Assembly (NCBI GenBank): GCA_017650325.1
Contig: JAGCFC010000166.1
Span: 1,131-65,130, forward strand
DNA length: 64,000 nt
From: Salinivirgaceae bacterium
Lineage (GTDB): Bacteria > Bacteroidota > Bacteroidia > Bacteroidales > SZUA-534
Reading direction: 5' to 3'
The notes beneath the pieces are model-generated. The model was not told where the DNA came from. It saw only the letters and a list, made by a program, of their open reading frames with translations, and ran no database searches. Both the position numbers and the translations under genes were made by a program. Shown here in pieces: positions 36,686 through 45,909 of this stretch; position 1 is the stretch's first letter; the number at the start of each line of letters is the position of its first letter.

Positions 36686-38638
36686 ATGAAAAAGATACAT
36701 AATTCATTATTATTCGTTGGGTTGTTGGGACTGGCATTGTGCTCAACTTTCACATCGTGCAAGGATTATCTCGACAGAGAGCCAAACACAACTGTGTCGG
36801 CAACTGATGCCTTCAAAAACTTCAACAACTATCAGGGTTTTGTTGAGCTGATAATCAACTGCATCCCGGATAAAGAGAAATGTAACTGGTGTCCGTCATG
36901 GAACTGGGGCGACGATGAAATATTCAACCCCGAGGCCGATGACCGTATGACACACCAGGCCGATCTTGGTAACTTCCGTGCATGGAGTCAGACTGGTAAC
37001 TGGCTGCTTACAGCCACTAATAACCCGACTGATGCAAGCGCACCAAAAAACCACTCATTGTGGGGACATGCGTGGTATTGCATTCGTCAGGCCAATATGG
37101 CTCTTGAGCATATCGATGAAATGGACGGAACTGAAGAGGAAAGAAATGTTATTCTCGGACAAAGTTATTTCTTCCGTGCATGGTGGCACTTCGAGTTGAT
37201 GGAGTATTTTGGCGGTCTGCCATACATCAACAAAGTGCTTGATGCCAATAACATTGAGAAACTTCCGCGTTTGTCGTTCCAGGATTGCGCCGATAGCTGC
37301 GCCCGCGATTTCCAGCGTGCCGCCGATTTGCTTCCAATCAATTGGGATGACACTCAAGTTGGTAGCGCAACAAAAGGCAAAAACCAATTGCGCCCCAACA
37401 AGATTACGGCGCTTAGCTACAAAGGCAAATGCCTTTTGTGGGCGGGTAGTCCGCTGATGAAAGCCGTTAAAGATGAGGCTCCGCTTCTTGGCGCTATTGC
37501 AAGCGGCAGAACCTATGCTTATGATGAAGAATACTGCAAACGCTCTGCTGAAACGTTTGGCGAGGTGCTTCAGTTGGTTGAAGATGGCGAAACCGAATAT
37601 GCTCTTGTTGAGTTCAATTATGAAGACATCTACAATCACACAAAGGCTAAAGGTGCGAAGAACTGTTATTCAGACTTGTTCTATACTCAGAATCAAGGTT
37701 ATCGTACTCCTGGCTCAACAGAGGCTCTTATGCGTGGTCCGTCGAAAGACTGGAACAGTTCGAACTGGAACACCACAAAGGTGTTTGGTCCTAAGGTTGC
37801 CGGTTTGGTCGAGCACGATAACGTAATCCACCAGCCGACAGCAAACCTGGTTGAAATGTACGGTATGGCTAACGGACTTCCGATTGACGACCCTGCATCA
37901 GGTTTCGATCCGGAGCATCCGTTCAACAACCGTGATCCGCGTTTCTATCATGACATTGTATTCGACGGATTTAAATATATCAATGGTTCAACTACCGATA
38001 AGGAGGCATACCGCTATTGCGAGTTGTTTACAGGCGGTAATATGCGCCCTGTTGCCAACGGCAGTCAGACAGGCTACTTTATCCAGAAGCTTGTGCCTCA
38101 TACTTGCAACGTTATCGATAAAGGATATGATTGGGGCAAGGGCACACACACCTATCTGTCATATATGCGCTTGGCTGATGTTTACTTGATGTATGCAGAG
38201 GCTTGTGCTGCTGTCGGTGGTGCAAAATACAGCGCATCAACGTTTGGCAAAACATCGGAGCAGGCCGTGAATGTGATTCGTGACCGCTGTGGCGCAGGCC
38301 ATGTAGCAGCAAAATATGTGGCTGACAATAATAAGTTTATGGACGAAATTCGTCGTGAGCGTGCTGTGGAACTTTCATTCGAAGGTTTCCGTTTCAACGA
38401 TTTGCAGCGCTGGTTGCTTTTGACCGAATATCCGTATAACACCAAGTTCCGTCAGGAATTTGACCGGTTGGAAGACCTCGAATTCTTCAAAAACAACGAC
38501 CCGCGTGAGGCAAAAGTCGCTAATTACCGTAAGGAGGTTATACTTACCCGTAATTTTGGTGCAAAACATTATTGGTTCCCATTCTTGGATGCTGATATTT
38601 ATCTGTATCCCGAATTCCAACAGAATCCAGGATGGTAA
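36686..38638 (+). CDS. SusD/RagB family nutrient-binding outer-membrane lipoprotein
   Basis: Lipoprotein signal (LLGLALCSTFTSC), directly after SusC. C-terminal SusD-like block (RRERAVELSFEGFRFNDLQRW, YWFPF). An alternative ATG at 36674 overlaps the SusC stop (TAATG). Confidence 0.85.
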   Translation: MKKIHNSLLFVGLLGLALCSTFTSCKDYLDREPNTTVSATDAFKNFNNYQGFVELIINCIPDKEKCNWCPSWNWGDDEIFNPEADDRMTHQADLGNFRAWSQTGNWLLTATNNPTDASAPKNHSLWGHAWYCIRQANMALEHIDEMDGTEEERNVILGQSYFFRAWWHFELMEYFGGLPYINKVLDANNIEKLPRLSFQDCADSCARDFQRAADLLPINWDDTQVGSATKGKNQLRPNKITALSYKGKCLLWAGSPLMKAVKDEAPLLGAIASGRTYAYDEEYCKRSAETFGEVLQLVEDGETEYALVEFNYEDIYNHTKAKGAKNCYSDLFYTQNQGYRTPGSTEALMRGPSKDWNSSNWNTTKVFGPKVAGLVEHDNVIHQPTANLVEMYGMANGLPIDDPASGFDPEHPFNNRDPRFYHDIVFDGFKYINGSTTDKEAYRYCELFTGGNMRPVANGSQTGYFIQKLVPHTCNVIDKGYDWGKGTHTYLSYMRLADVYLMYAEACAAVGGAKYSASTFGKTSEQAVNVIRDRCGAGHVAAKYVADNNKFMDEIRRERAVELSFEGFRFNDLQRWLLLTEYPYNTKFRQEFDRLEDLEFFKNNDPREAKVANYRKEVILTRNFGAKHYWFPFLDADIYLYPEFQQNPGW

Positions 38639-38678
38639 TGGTTCCACGAATAATTGTTGAATTTATAAACGATAAAAG

Positions 38679-41612
38679 ATGAAACATAAACATAATATAT
38701 TAGTCATGAGTGCCGCATTGGCCGTTGCGCCATTTGCTTTGAGTGCCCAGACCGATGTACAGGCGGAGCCTGAGATTCAGGATTCTGTCTATATGGTCAA
38801 AACGGCATTCCGCAGTGTGGCACAAGGAGACCTGCTTGGTGGTGTTTCGGTTGTCAATGTTGAGGATATGCTCAAAAAGAACTACACCACTTACAGTCTC
38901 GATCACATGGAGAGTCTGGCCAGTGGCTGGAATGGCAAATCGCTGTGGGGCATGGACGAGGATAACGGCCAGGGCTATTTGGTTCTTATCGACGGAATAC
39001 CACGTGACGCCAACAATGTGCAACCATCAGAAATTGCGCAGATAACATTCCTTAAAGGTGCCAATGCGGTTGTTCTTTATGGCAGCCGTGCGGCTAAGGG
39101 CGCTATACTCATCACAACCAAGCGTGGTCAGGCCCGCGAAGGACTTAAAATCGACTTGAATGTGAACACTGGCATTGATGTTATTAAGGAACTTCCTGAA
39201 TACTTGGATGCCGCTGATTATATGGTATGGTATAATCAAGCTAAACGTAACGACTGGTTCGACGAGGAATATGGCGTTGATTACGACGACGACGATCTGA
39301 CTTATTCACTTGACGAAATTGAAAAGACAAGAAGCGGCGTAAACCCTTATCGCTATGTTGATATCGATTACTATTCTCCTGATTATATTAAGAAGACAAA
39401 AAGTCGCAAGGAGGCTGTTCTTGAGTTGTCAGGAGGTAACAACCGTGCCCGTCTTTACGGAAACATCAACGCTTACTCTCAGAACGATTTTGTTAAGCTT
39501 GCTGATGCCAAAGACACTCGTATCAACCGTTTGAGCGTTCGCGGTAACGTCGATATCGACTTCAATGACTATATTTCTGGTCATATCGATGCCAACGCAA
39601 CTTTCTATGATTCAAAGCACCGTCAGTATAGCAGCAACCCTGGCGACAACATGACCTATTGGAGAATGGCTTCAACCGGACGTCCGAACTACCCGAACCA
39701 TGCGGCTCCGCTTATTCCCCTCGATAAGATTGCAGAGGATGCTGTAGGCCGTGAGTTGGTTGAAAACACAAGCAATATTTATGAAGACAGTTTCCTTGGC
39801 GGTACAAATTCCGACCAGTCTAATGTGTTCAGCCAAATATATGCCGGTGGCGAGTTGAAGTGGACAAGCCGTCAGTTCCAATTTGATGGAGGTTTGAATT
39901 TCAATCTTGGAAAATTGATTGAAGGACTTTCATTGAAGACCAATTTCGGTATGGATTTCAAAGCGTCATACAACACTCGTTTCGATCCTAAATATGCTGT
40001 TTTCCAGCCTACATGGGGATATTATAACGAGAATAATGAATATGTTGACGATGAGATGATCCATAGAATCACTCAGATTGGTACTGATGAGGTAACTGGT
40101 AGGAAAATGTTGTGGGGTACAAAGGAAACCCGCACAATGGCTCTGTCGTTCCAGTTCGATTATGTACGCAGCTTTGGCGACCACAATGTGTCGGCAATAT
40201 TGTTAGGCAACGGATTCCAACAGACATTGGACGGTGAGTATCACAATACCACCAATGCCAATCTTGGTTTCGATTTGAGCTACAATTTCGCTCATCGTTT
40301 CTATGCACAATTCAGTGCGGCCGAAGTACACTCCGCCAAATTGGCTGAGGGACACCGCAACGCTTTGTCACCATCATTTACACTGGGATGGAATCTGGCT
40401 CGTGAGTCGTTCCTCGATGGCTCAATATTCGCTGACCTTATGATTTCGGCATCGGTTAGCCAACTGAACGAAGACATCGACATTAACAAGTATTACTTGT
40501 ATAATGGTGCGTGGGATAAGAACACATGGGGCTTTGGATGGGCCGATGGTAAGAGCACAACAACCATCACCCCGACCCGTGGTGAGAACGCAAAACTTGA
40601 AATGATTAAACGCAAGGAGGTATCTGTCAATTTGAAAGCCTCAATGTTCGACCGTTTCGTTACTGCCGATTTCACATACTTCGCAAACCGTTGGGAAGGC
40701 TACTTGGTTAACACAACTGAGGATTGGCCAAGCCACATGCAGAAGTTTATCCCTTACTTGAACAATGACATCAACAGCCGTAACGGCTTCGATTTCGCAG
40801 TCAACTTCAACAAAGACATCAACGAGGTTGGCGTGTCGCTGGGTGTTGTGGGAACTTACTACAATACCAAAGTTGTGAAGAAGGAACAGTCAACTTTAGA
40901 CAAGGTAAATCAGAGTCAACTTAACCGTGAGGGCAAACCAATCGATGCTATCTGGGGATACAAGAATCTCGGATTTTTCCAGAGTGTAGATGAAATTCTG
41001 GACTCTCCTGAGCAGAAAATCGGAGATGTACGTCCTGGCGATCTCCGTTATGCCGATTTGAGCAACAATGGTGTTGGTGATACATTGATTAATGCCAATG
41101 ATATGGTTTATCTGGGTAGGGATGGTCGTTTCGGCGCTCCGTTTACAATGGGTGTCAACTTGACTATCAAATATAAGAATTTCACATTCTATGCTTTGGG
41201 TTCAGCCAAGTGCGGTGCTTATGCTCGTAAGAATAATGCTTACTACCAGCCGTTTGGTAACGAGAAATATTCTGTGTTAGTTAAGGACACATGGACTCCT
41301 GAGAACAAAGACGCTAAGTATCCGGCACTTACTACTAAGACACCGGCAAATAACGATAGGTCTAAAATGAATAACTATGCAGAATCTGACTTCTGGTTGT
41401 ATAAGGACAATGCTTTCTCGTTGACCAAGATTCAGTTGACTTACGATTTGCCGAGCGAATTGTTTGGTGACAGCTTTGTGAAAGGTGTCAGCGCTTTTGT
41501 CAGCGGTAAGGATTTGTTGACAATTTCGAAAGAGCGCAAGGTTATGGAAACTGCTATTGCAAGCGATCCTAAGACCCGTTTCTTCCAAGTTGGTGTGAAA
41601 GCGACCTTCTAA
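38679..41612 (+). CDS. SusC-like TonB-dependent transporter lacking the N-terminal carboxypeptidase-regulatory-like domain
   Basis: The signal peptide runs straight into plug-like sequence (LVLIDGIPRDANNVQPSEIAQITFLKGANAVVLYGSRAAKGAILITTKRG), followed by a long barrel ending in F. Confidence 0.85.
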   Translation: MKHKHNILVMSAALAVAPFALSAQTDVQAEPEIQDSVYMVKTAFRSVAQGDLLGGVSVVNVEDMLKKNYTTYSLDHMESLASGWNGKSLWGMDEDNGQGYLVLIDGIPRDANNVQPSEIAQITFLKGANAVVLYGSRAAKGAILITTKRGQAREGLKIDLNVNTGIDVIKELPEYLDAADYMVWYNQAKRNDWFDEEYGVDYDDDDLTYSLDEIEKTRSGVNPYRYVDIDYYSPDYIKKTKSRKEAVLELSGGNNRARLYGNINAYSQNDFVKLADAKDTRINRLSVRGNVDIDFNDYISGHIDANATFYDSKHRQYSSNPGDNMTYWRMASTGRPNYPNHAAPLIPLDKIAEDAVGRELVENTSNIYEDSFLGGTNSDQSNVFSQIYAGGELKWTSRQFQFDGGLNFNLGKLIEGLSLKTNFGMDFKASYNTRFDPKYAVFQPTWGYYNENNEYVDDEMIHRITQIGTDEVTGRKMLWGTKETRTMALSFQFDYVRSFGDHNVSAILLGNGFQQTLDGEYHNTTNANLGFDLSYNFAHRFYAQFSAAEVHSAKLAEGHRNALSPSFTLGWNLARESFLDGSIFADLMISASVSQLNEDIDINKYYLYNGAWDKNTWGFGWADGKSTTTITPTRGENAKLEMIKRKEVSVNLKASMFDRFVTADFTYFANRWEGYLVNTTEDWPSHMQKFIPYLNNDINSRNGFDFAVNFNKDINEVGVSLGVVGTYYNTKVVKKEQSTLDKVNQSQLNREGKPIDAIWGYKNLGFFQSVDEILDSPEQKIGDVRPGDLRYADLSNNGVGDTLINANDMVYLGRDGRFGAPFTMGVNLTIKYKNFTFYALGSAKCGAYARKNNAYYQPFGNEKYSVLVKDTWTPENKDAKYPALTTKTPANNDRSKMNNYAESDFWLYKDNAFSLTKIQLTYDLPSELFGDSFVKGVSAFVSGKDLLTISKERKVMETAIASDPKTRFFQVGVKATF

Positions 41613-41638
41613 TGTCTGATTTAATTAAGAATTGAGAT

Positions 41639-43486
41639 ATGAAATTGAATAGAATAATAAAATTAGCGGTCTTGATTCCTTTGGTAGCCGCATGCGACGA
41701 TATGTTTGAGCCGGGAATCGAGAACAATCAGGACTTTGAGACACTGACAAAGATTCCGACGAATGCTGCCGGTCTGGCAATGCATGGATATGCTGACCTT
41801 CCGTATCAGGGTGGTTCGGCTGGCGCTTTCAATGATGTTGCCACTGATGATGCCGTTACAAACGATTTTGGTAACGCCTATCTGAAGGTTGGCAACGGCT
41901 ATTGGAGTTCTAAGCAAGGTGGTATAAATCCATTTGACCATTGGACAAGTTATCGTACCAATTTGCAGTATGTCAACAGGTTCCTTGAGGAGATGGATGG
42001 CTTTAACTGGGCAGGCAAAGCTTTGGTCAATGAAATGTTCAAAGACCAGATTAAAGGTGAAGTTTACGCACTCCGTGCATTGCAGATGTTCAGTTTTCTG
42101 CGCTATCATGCAGGTTATGTGAATGGAGAGCTTATGGGTATACCATGTCTTACACGTTCTGAAACTGCTGGCGATGACTTTAATGTTAGCAGAACTTCTT
42201 TCAAGGAGTGTATAGATCAAATATTCAGCGATTTACAAGTTGCACAGGAATATTTGCCTTACGACTATGTTAATATTAAGGATTCTGATATTCCTGATAA
42301 ATACAAGGAGATGGGAGTTGATAATGCGGAGGATTACAACCGCGTGTTCGGCGAAAGCAAGATGGGCCGTATGTCAGGCAGAATTGCTGCAGCAGTCGAG
42401 GCTCAAGTAGCTTTGTTTGCAGCAAGCCCCGCATATTCCGATCAGTCAGGTGTTGATTGGGAAGACGCAGCCGAAAAAGCTGCGGCCCTACTGAATACCA
42501 TTGGCGGCGTCAGTGGTATTGATCCCAATGGCAACCATTGGTATAACAACATCGAGGAGATTCGTGATGTTCGCGGTGGTCGTGTTCCTGCTGAAATCAT
42601 CTGGCGTGACAATGTAAGTGAGACCAATGGTTTGGAGGGTGACTGCTATCCTGCTTCGTTGTTTGGCAAGGCACGTATTAATCCAACTCAGAATCTTGTT
42701 GACGCATTCCCGATGGCAAATGGCTATCCTATTAGTGATGCGGCAAGTGGCTATGATCCGCAAAATCCGTATGCGGGCCGTGATCCCCGTTTCGACATGT
42801 ACATTGTGCATGATGGATCAGATTTTGGACCATACAGAACCACAAAAGCTCAGGTAAACACTGATTTGATTAACACTACTGTAGACAGCAAAGATAACGT
42901 CGATGGTTTGGATGCAGACAAAGGTGGTGCTCCAACACGTACCGGCTATTTCATGCGCAAACTTCTCAATGAGGATTGTATCATCAAGATGAAGGACGGT
43001 GGTAGCGGTATCAGTGCGCAGCACAAATACAATGCACGCATTCGCTACACTGAGATTTTCCTTGATTACGCAGAGGCTGCAAATGAGGCTTATGGTCCGA
43101 AAGGAACAGCGCCAGGTGCTAACTACAGCGCATACGATGTGATTAAAGCAATACGTGAGAGAGCAGGAATCACCGATACCAAATATTTGGATCAATGCGC
43201 TGGTGATAAGGACAAAATGCGTGAGCTTATCCGCAACGAACGCCGCATTGAGCTTTGTTTCGAAGGTCATCGTTTCTGGGATCTCCGTCGCTGGAAAGCA
43301 GATTTGAACGAGCAGGTTATGGCAATGGAAATCAAGACTGTCAATGGTAAAAAGACATATACTCCAACGCCTGTAAAAAATGAAACCCGCAACTATGATG
43401 ATTGCATGTACTATGGTCCAGTGCCAGAAGCAGAAATCAACAAGTGGTCGGCTCTGAAGCAGAACGATGGTTGGGATAAGTTCTAA
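41639..43486 (+). CDS. SusD/RagB family nutrient-binding outer-membrane lipoprotein
   Basis: Lipoprotein signal (LIPLVAAC), directly after SusC-like gene 38679..41612. SusD-like C-terminal block (RNERRIELCFEGHRFWDLRRW, YYGPVPEAEINK). Confidence 0.85.
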   Translation: MKLNRIIKLAVLIPLVAACDDMFEPGIENNQDFETLTKIPTNAAGLAMHGYADLPYQGGSAGAFNDVATDDAVTNDFGNAYLKVGNGYWSSKQGGINPFDHWTSYRTNLQYVNRFLEEMDGFNWAGKALVNEMFKDQIKGEVYALRALQMFSFLRYHAGYVNGELMGIPCLTRSETAGDDFNVSRTSFKECIDQIFSDLQVAQEYLPYDYVNIKDSDIPDKYKEMGVDNAEDYNRVFGESKMGRMSGRIAAAVEAQVALFAASPAYSDQSGVDWEDAAEKAAALLNTIGGVSGIDPNGNHWYNNIEEIRDVRGGRVPAEIIWRDNVSETNGLEGDCYPASLFGKARINPTQNLVDAFPMANGYPISDAASGYDPQNPYAGRDPRFDMYIVHDGSDFGPYRTTKAQVNTDLINTTVDSKDNVDGLDADKGGAPTRTGYFMRKLLNEDCIIKMKDGGSGISAQHKYNARIRYTEIFLDYAEAANEAYGPKGTAPGANYSAYDVIKAIRERAGITDTKYLDQCAGDKDKMRELIRNERRIELCFEGHRFWDLRRWKADLNEQVMAMEIKTVNGKKTYTPTPVKNETRNYDDCMYYGPVPEAEINKWSALKQNDGWDKF

Positions 43487-43504
43487 TATTAAAATGTAAA
43501 TACG

Positions 43505-45097
43505 ATGAAAATGAATAGAATAGTATCAATTTTGTCAGTAGGTGCGGTTGCATTGGCATTTGCTTCTTGCAAAAACAGCGAACAGAATTTCCCTGATTTT
43601 GACGGTGGAACAACAGCCTATTTTTCTTACCAATACCCAATTCGTACTTTGATATTGGGTAATGTTGAGACCTACGACAATACCAGCGATAACGAACACC
43701 GTTTCACCATTTATGGCACATTCGGAGGTTCGTATGAGGGTGTGAATGCAAAAATCGATGTCGAAGTTGATGAGTCGCTTACCCAAAATTTGTATTTCGA
43801 GGATGGTTCAGAGGTGAAAGCAATGCCAAAGGACTATTACGAAATAAAAGGCGAGGAGCTTGACTACGGAGGCGGATTCCGTGGTGGAGTCGAGATTCAG
43901 CTTACCGAGAAGTTCTTTGAGGATCCTTTAGCTGTGAAAAACACTTATGTTATTCCTGTTGTAATGGGTGACAATTTTTCAGGAGTAGACCGTATCAATC
44001 GCGGTACACCTATTATTGAAGGAACATCACCATTGCGTCAGGACGCAAGTAAGTGGGATGAGTCGCCTAAAGATTATACATTGTTCTGCGTTAACTACAT
44101 TAATGAATATACGTCAACTTACCTTCGCCGTGGTACCGACAACTTTGATAAATTGAAATTCAAAGAAGTTACTGAAACTGTGACAGGTGATGATATGTGT
44201 ATAGCTATTCACGCTGGTCCAAAGAAGGAGCAAGTTTGGGACAACCAGTTCTGGATTGACGCTGTTACTCCTTTTGTGGAAAACGACGTGTTTACTTTGA
44301 CAATGGATGTGAAGGCAACAAAAGAGGCTAAATCGGGTACGCAGATTCACGAAGGACCGGGTGCGTATAAAGCTAATTTAGGTGAGATTACTTTCCCGAC
44401 TGAGTGGAAAACAGTGACTATTACTGGAACCATTACGAGCGGACAGGCTGGTGGTCATTCCATAGCTTTCAACCTTAGCGAATTGGCAGACTCAAACGAC
44501 TACTATATCGACAATGTGAGCTTTATGCTTAACAATGTCGAGATGATGACAAACGGTCGTTGCGATGATGTTGCAAGTGCCAATTATTACACAAAGGAGC
44601 GTCATACGTCTTCTGAGGGAGCTACCGTTCCAAGCACATTTGAATCGACGGGCAAAAAGCAGACAGTAACCAATGTTTATCAGGTTCCTGATGGCTACGA
44701 AAAAGTTACTGAAAGCCGCCATGCTAAGTTCATCGAAAGCGACGAGGTTGTTTACACAACTTCAAAATCGAGAAACCAAGTTATTCTCCCAATTGCCACT
44801 ACTGAAGTTGCTGGTGTGCCGACTACTTGCGAGTTGGTGCTTACTTTCGATGGCTATAACTGCACAATTACATCGAATAACGAGACATTGTACAAGGCTT
44901 CGGGTACAGGAAAGTATGTTAAGGACGGAGCTCCTCTTGCATGGGGCAATAAGGACCGCGATGTGCTTTACCTCGATTACACCGTCGATTTCAAACAGGA
45001 TGATGTGCATTATGCAACTCAAGACACTCTTGTTTGGCGCGATCGTGGTTCAGTAGCCGCAATTCAGACTTACAAACCAGTTTACAAAGAGGATTAA
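43505..45097 (+). CDS. Surface glycan-binding-type lipoprotein (SGBP-like) with a central CBM-like module
   Basis: Lipoprotein signal (ALAFASC). It occupies the position after the SusC/D pairs that is typical of SGBPs. The N-terminal part (TAYFSYQYPIRTLILGN..HRFTIYGTFGG) resembles DUF1735-type domains. The central stretch (QVWDNQFWIDAVTPFVENDVFTLTMDVKATKE..SIAFNLSELADSNDYYIDNVSF) resembles CBM4/9/22-type modules. Family names are from memory and were not searched. Confidence 0.5.
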   Translation: MKMNRIVSILSVGAVALAFASCKNSEQNFPDFDGGTTAYFSYQYPIRTLILGNVETYDNTSDNEHRFTIYGTFGGSYEGVNAKIDVEVDESLTQNLYFEDGSEVKAMPKDYYEIKGEELDYGGGFRGGVEIQLTEKFFEDPLAVKNTYVIPVVMGDNFSGVDRINRGTPIIEGTSPLRQDASKWDESPKDYTLFCVNYINEYTSTYLRRGTDNFDKLKFKEVTETVTGDDMCIAIHAGPKKEQVWDNQFWIDAVTPFVENDVFTLTMDVKATKEAKSGTQIHEGPGAYKANLGEITFPTEWKTVTITGTITSGQAGGHSIAFNLSELADSNDYYIDNVSFMLNNVEMMTNGRCDDVASANYYTKERHTSSEGATVPSTFESTGKKQTVTNVYQVPDGYEKVTESRHAKFIESDEVVYTTSKSRNQVILPIATTEVAGVPTTCELVLTFDGYNCTITSNNETLYKASGTGKYVKDGAPLAWGNKDRDVLYLDYTVDFKQDDVHYATQDTLVWRDRGSVAAIQTYKPVYKED

Positions 45098-45120
45098 TTA
45101 ATCCTTTGGTTTCATAACAA

Positions 45121-45152
45121 AAAAGGTCTTGAGGTTTCTCAAGGCCTTTTTT
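45121..45152 (+). terminator. Rho-independent terminator closing the PUL
   Basis: Stem GGTCTTGAG / CTCAAGGCC (45125-45133 / 45138-45146, one G-U pair) with loop GTTT, followed by TTTTTTG. Confidence 0.65.
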
Positions 45153-45167
45153 GTTTGCCGAAAAACG

Positions 45168-45175
45168 TACCTTTG
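45168..45175 (+). promoter_or_regulatory. Candidate -7 promoter box (TACCTTTG)
   Basis: TAnnTTTG match 16 nt upstream of ATG 45192. It lies inside the track's extended ORF. Confidence 0.45.
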
Positions 45176-45191
45176 CGGAAAACAGAACAAA

Positions 45192-45854
45192 ATGGATGTA
45201 AACATAGAGCAATCGTGGAAAACTCGTCTTCAGAGTGAGTTCGACAAGCCATATTTCAAGACTCTAACCGATTTCGTGCGCGACGAGTATCGCATAAATA
45301 CCATCTATCCGCCGGGAAGGTTGATTTTCAACGCTTTCAATCTTTGCCCGTTTGATAATGTTAAGGTGGTGATAATCGGGCAGGACCCTTATCATGGTCC
45401 TGGACAGGCTCACGGCTTGTGTTTCTCGGTGCAGGATGGAATTGATTATCCGCCTTCGTTGCGCAATATTTTCAAAGAGATACAGAGCGACATTGGCACA
45501 CCGGTTCCAGCTTCGGGCGACCTGACACGGTGGGCAAAGCAAGGTGTGCTGCTTCTGAACGCAACGCTCACTGTTCGGGCTAATTTGGCAGGATCGCATC
45601 AACGGCGTGGTTGGGAGACTTTTACTGATGCCGTTATCAATGCCGTGGCTACCGAAAAGCAGAATGTGGTTTACATCTTGTGGGGCTCATACGCACAGCA
45701 GAAGGCCGCAATGGTCGACCGCAGCAACAATCTCGTGCTCGAGTCGGTTCATCCGTCACCGCTGTCAGCATCGCGCGGATTCTTCGGTAACCACCATTTC
45801 AGCCGTGCCAATCAATATCTTGTGGAACATGGAAAAGAGCCAATTGTTTGGTAA
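45192..45854 (+). CDS. ung: Uracil-DNA glycosylase (family 1)
   Basis: Motifs VVIIGQDPYHGPGQAHGLCFSV, LLLNATLTV and HPSPLSASRGFFG. Start set at ATG 45192 (MDVNIEQSW..). Confidence 0.9.
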   Translation: MDVNIEQSWKTRLQSEFDKPYFKTLTDFVRDEYRINTIYPPGRLIFNAFNLCPFDNVKVVIIGQDPYHGPGQAHGLCFSVQDGIDYPPSLRNIFKEIQSDIGTPVPASGDLTRWAKQGVLLLNATLTVRANLAGSHQRRGWETFTDAVINAVATEKQNVVYILWGSYAQQKAAMVDRSNNLVLESVHPSPLSASRGFFGNHHFSRANQYLVEHGKEPIVW

Positions 45855-45873
45855 TGTTTGAGGGATTGAATAT

Positions 45874-45901
45874 CTAATGCCTAATGCCTGTTGCCTAATG
45901 C
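45874..45901. repeat. Heptanucleotide tandem array, 4 units (CTAATGC x3, CTGTTGC x1)
   Basis: Read directly: CTAATGC CTAATGC CTGTTGC CTAATGC, in the 55-nt spacer between ung and the ABC ATPase gene. Confidence 0.8.
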
Positions 45902-45909
45902 CTTTTAAA

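Noticed and set aside
45091-45104. Perfect 14-bp palindrome GGATTAATTAATCC at the stop codon of the SGBP-like gene
   Set aside because: It is a single occurrence overlapping the stop codon, with the real terminator 20 nt downstream. I see no evidence of function.
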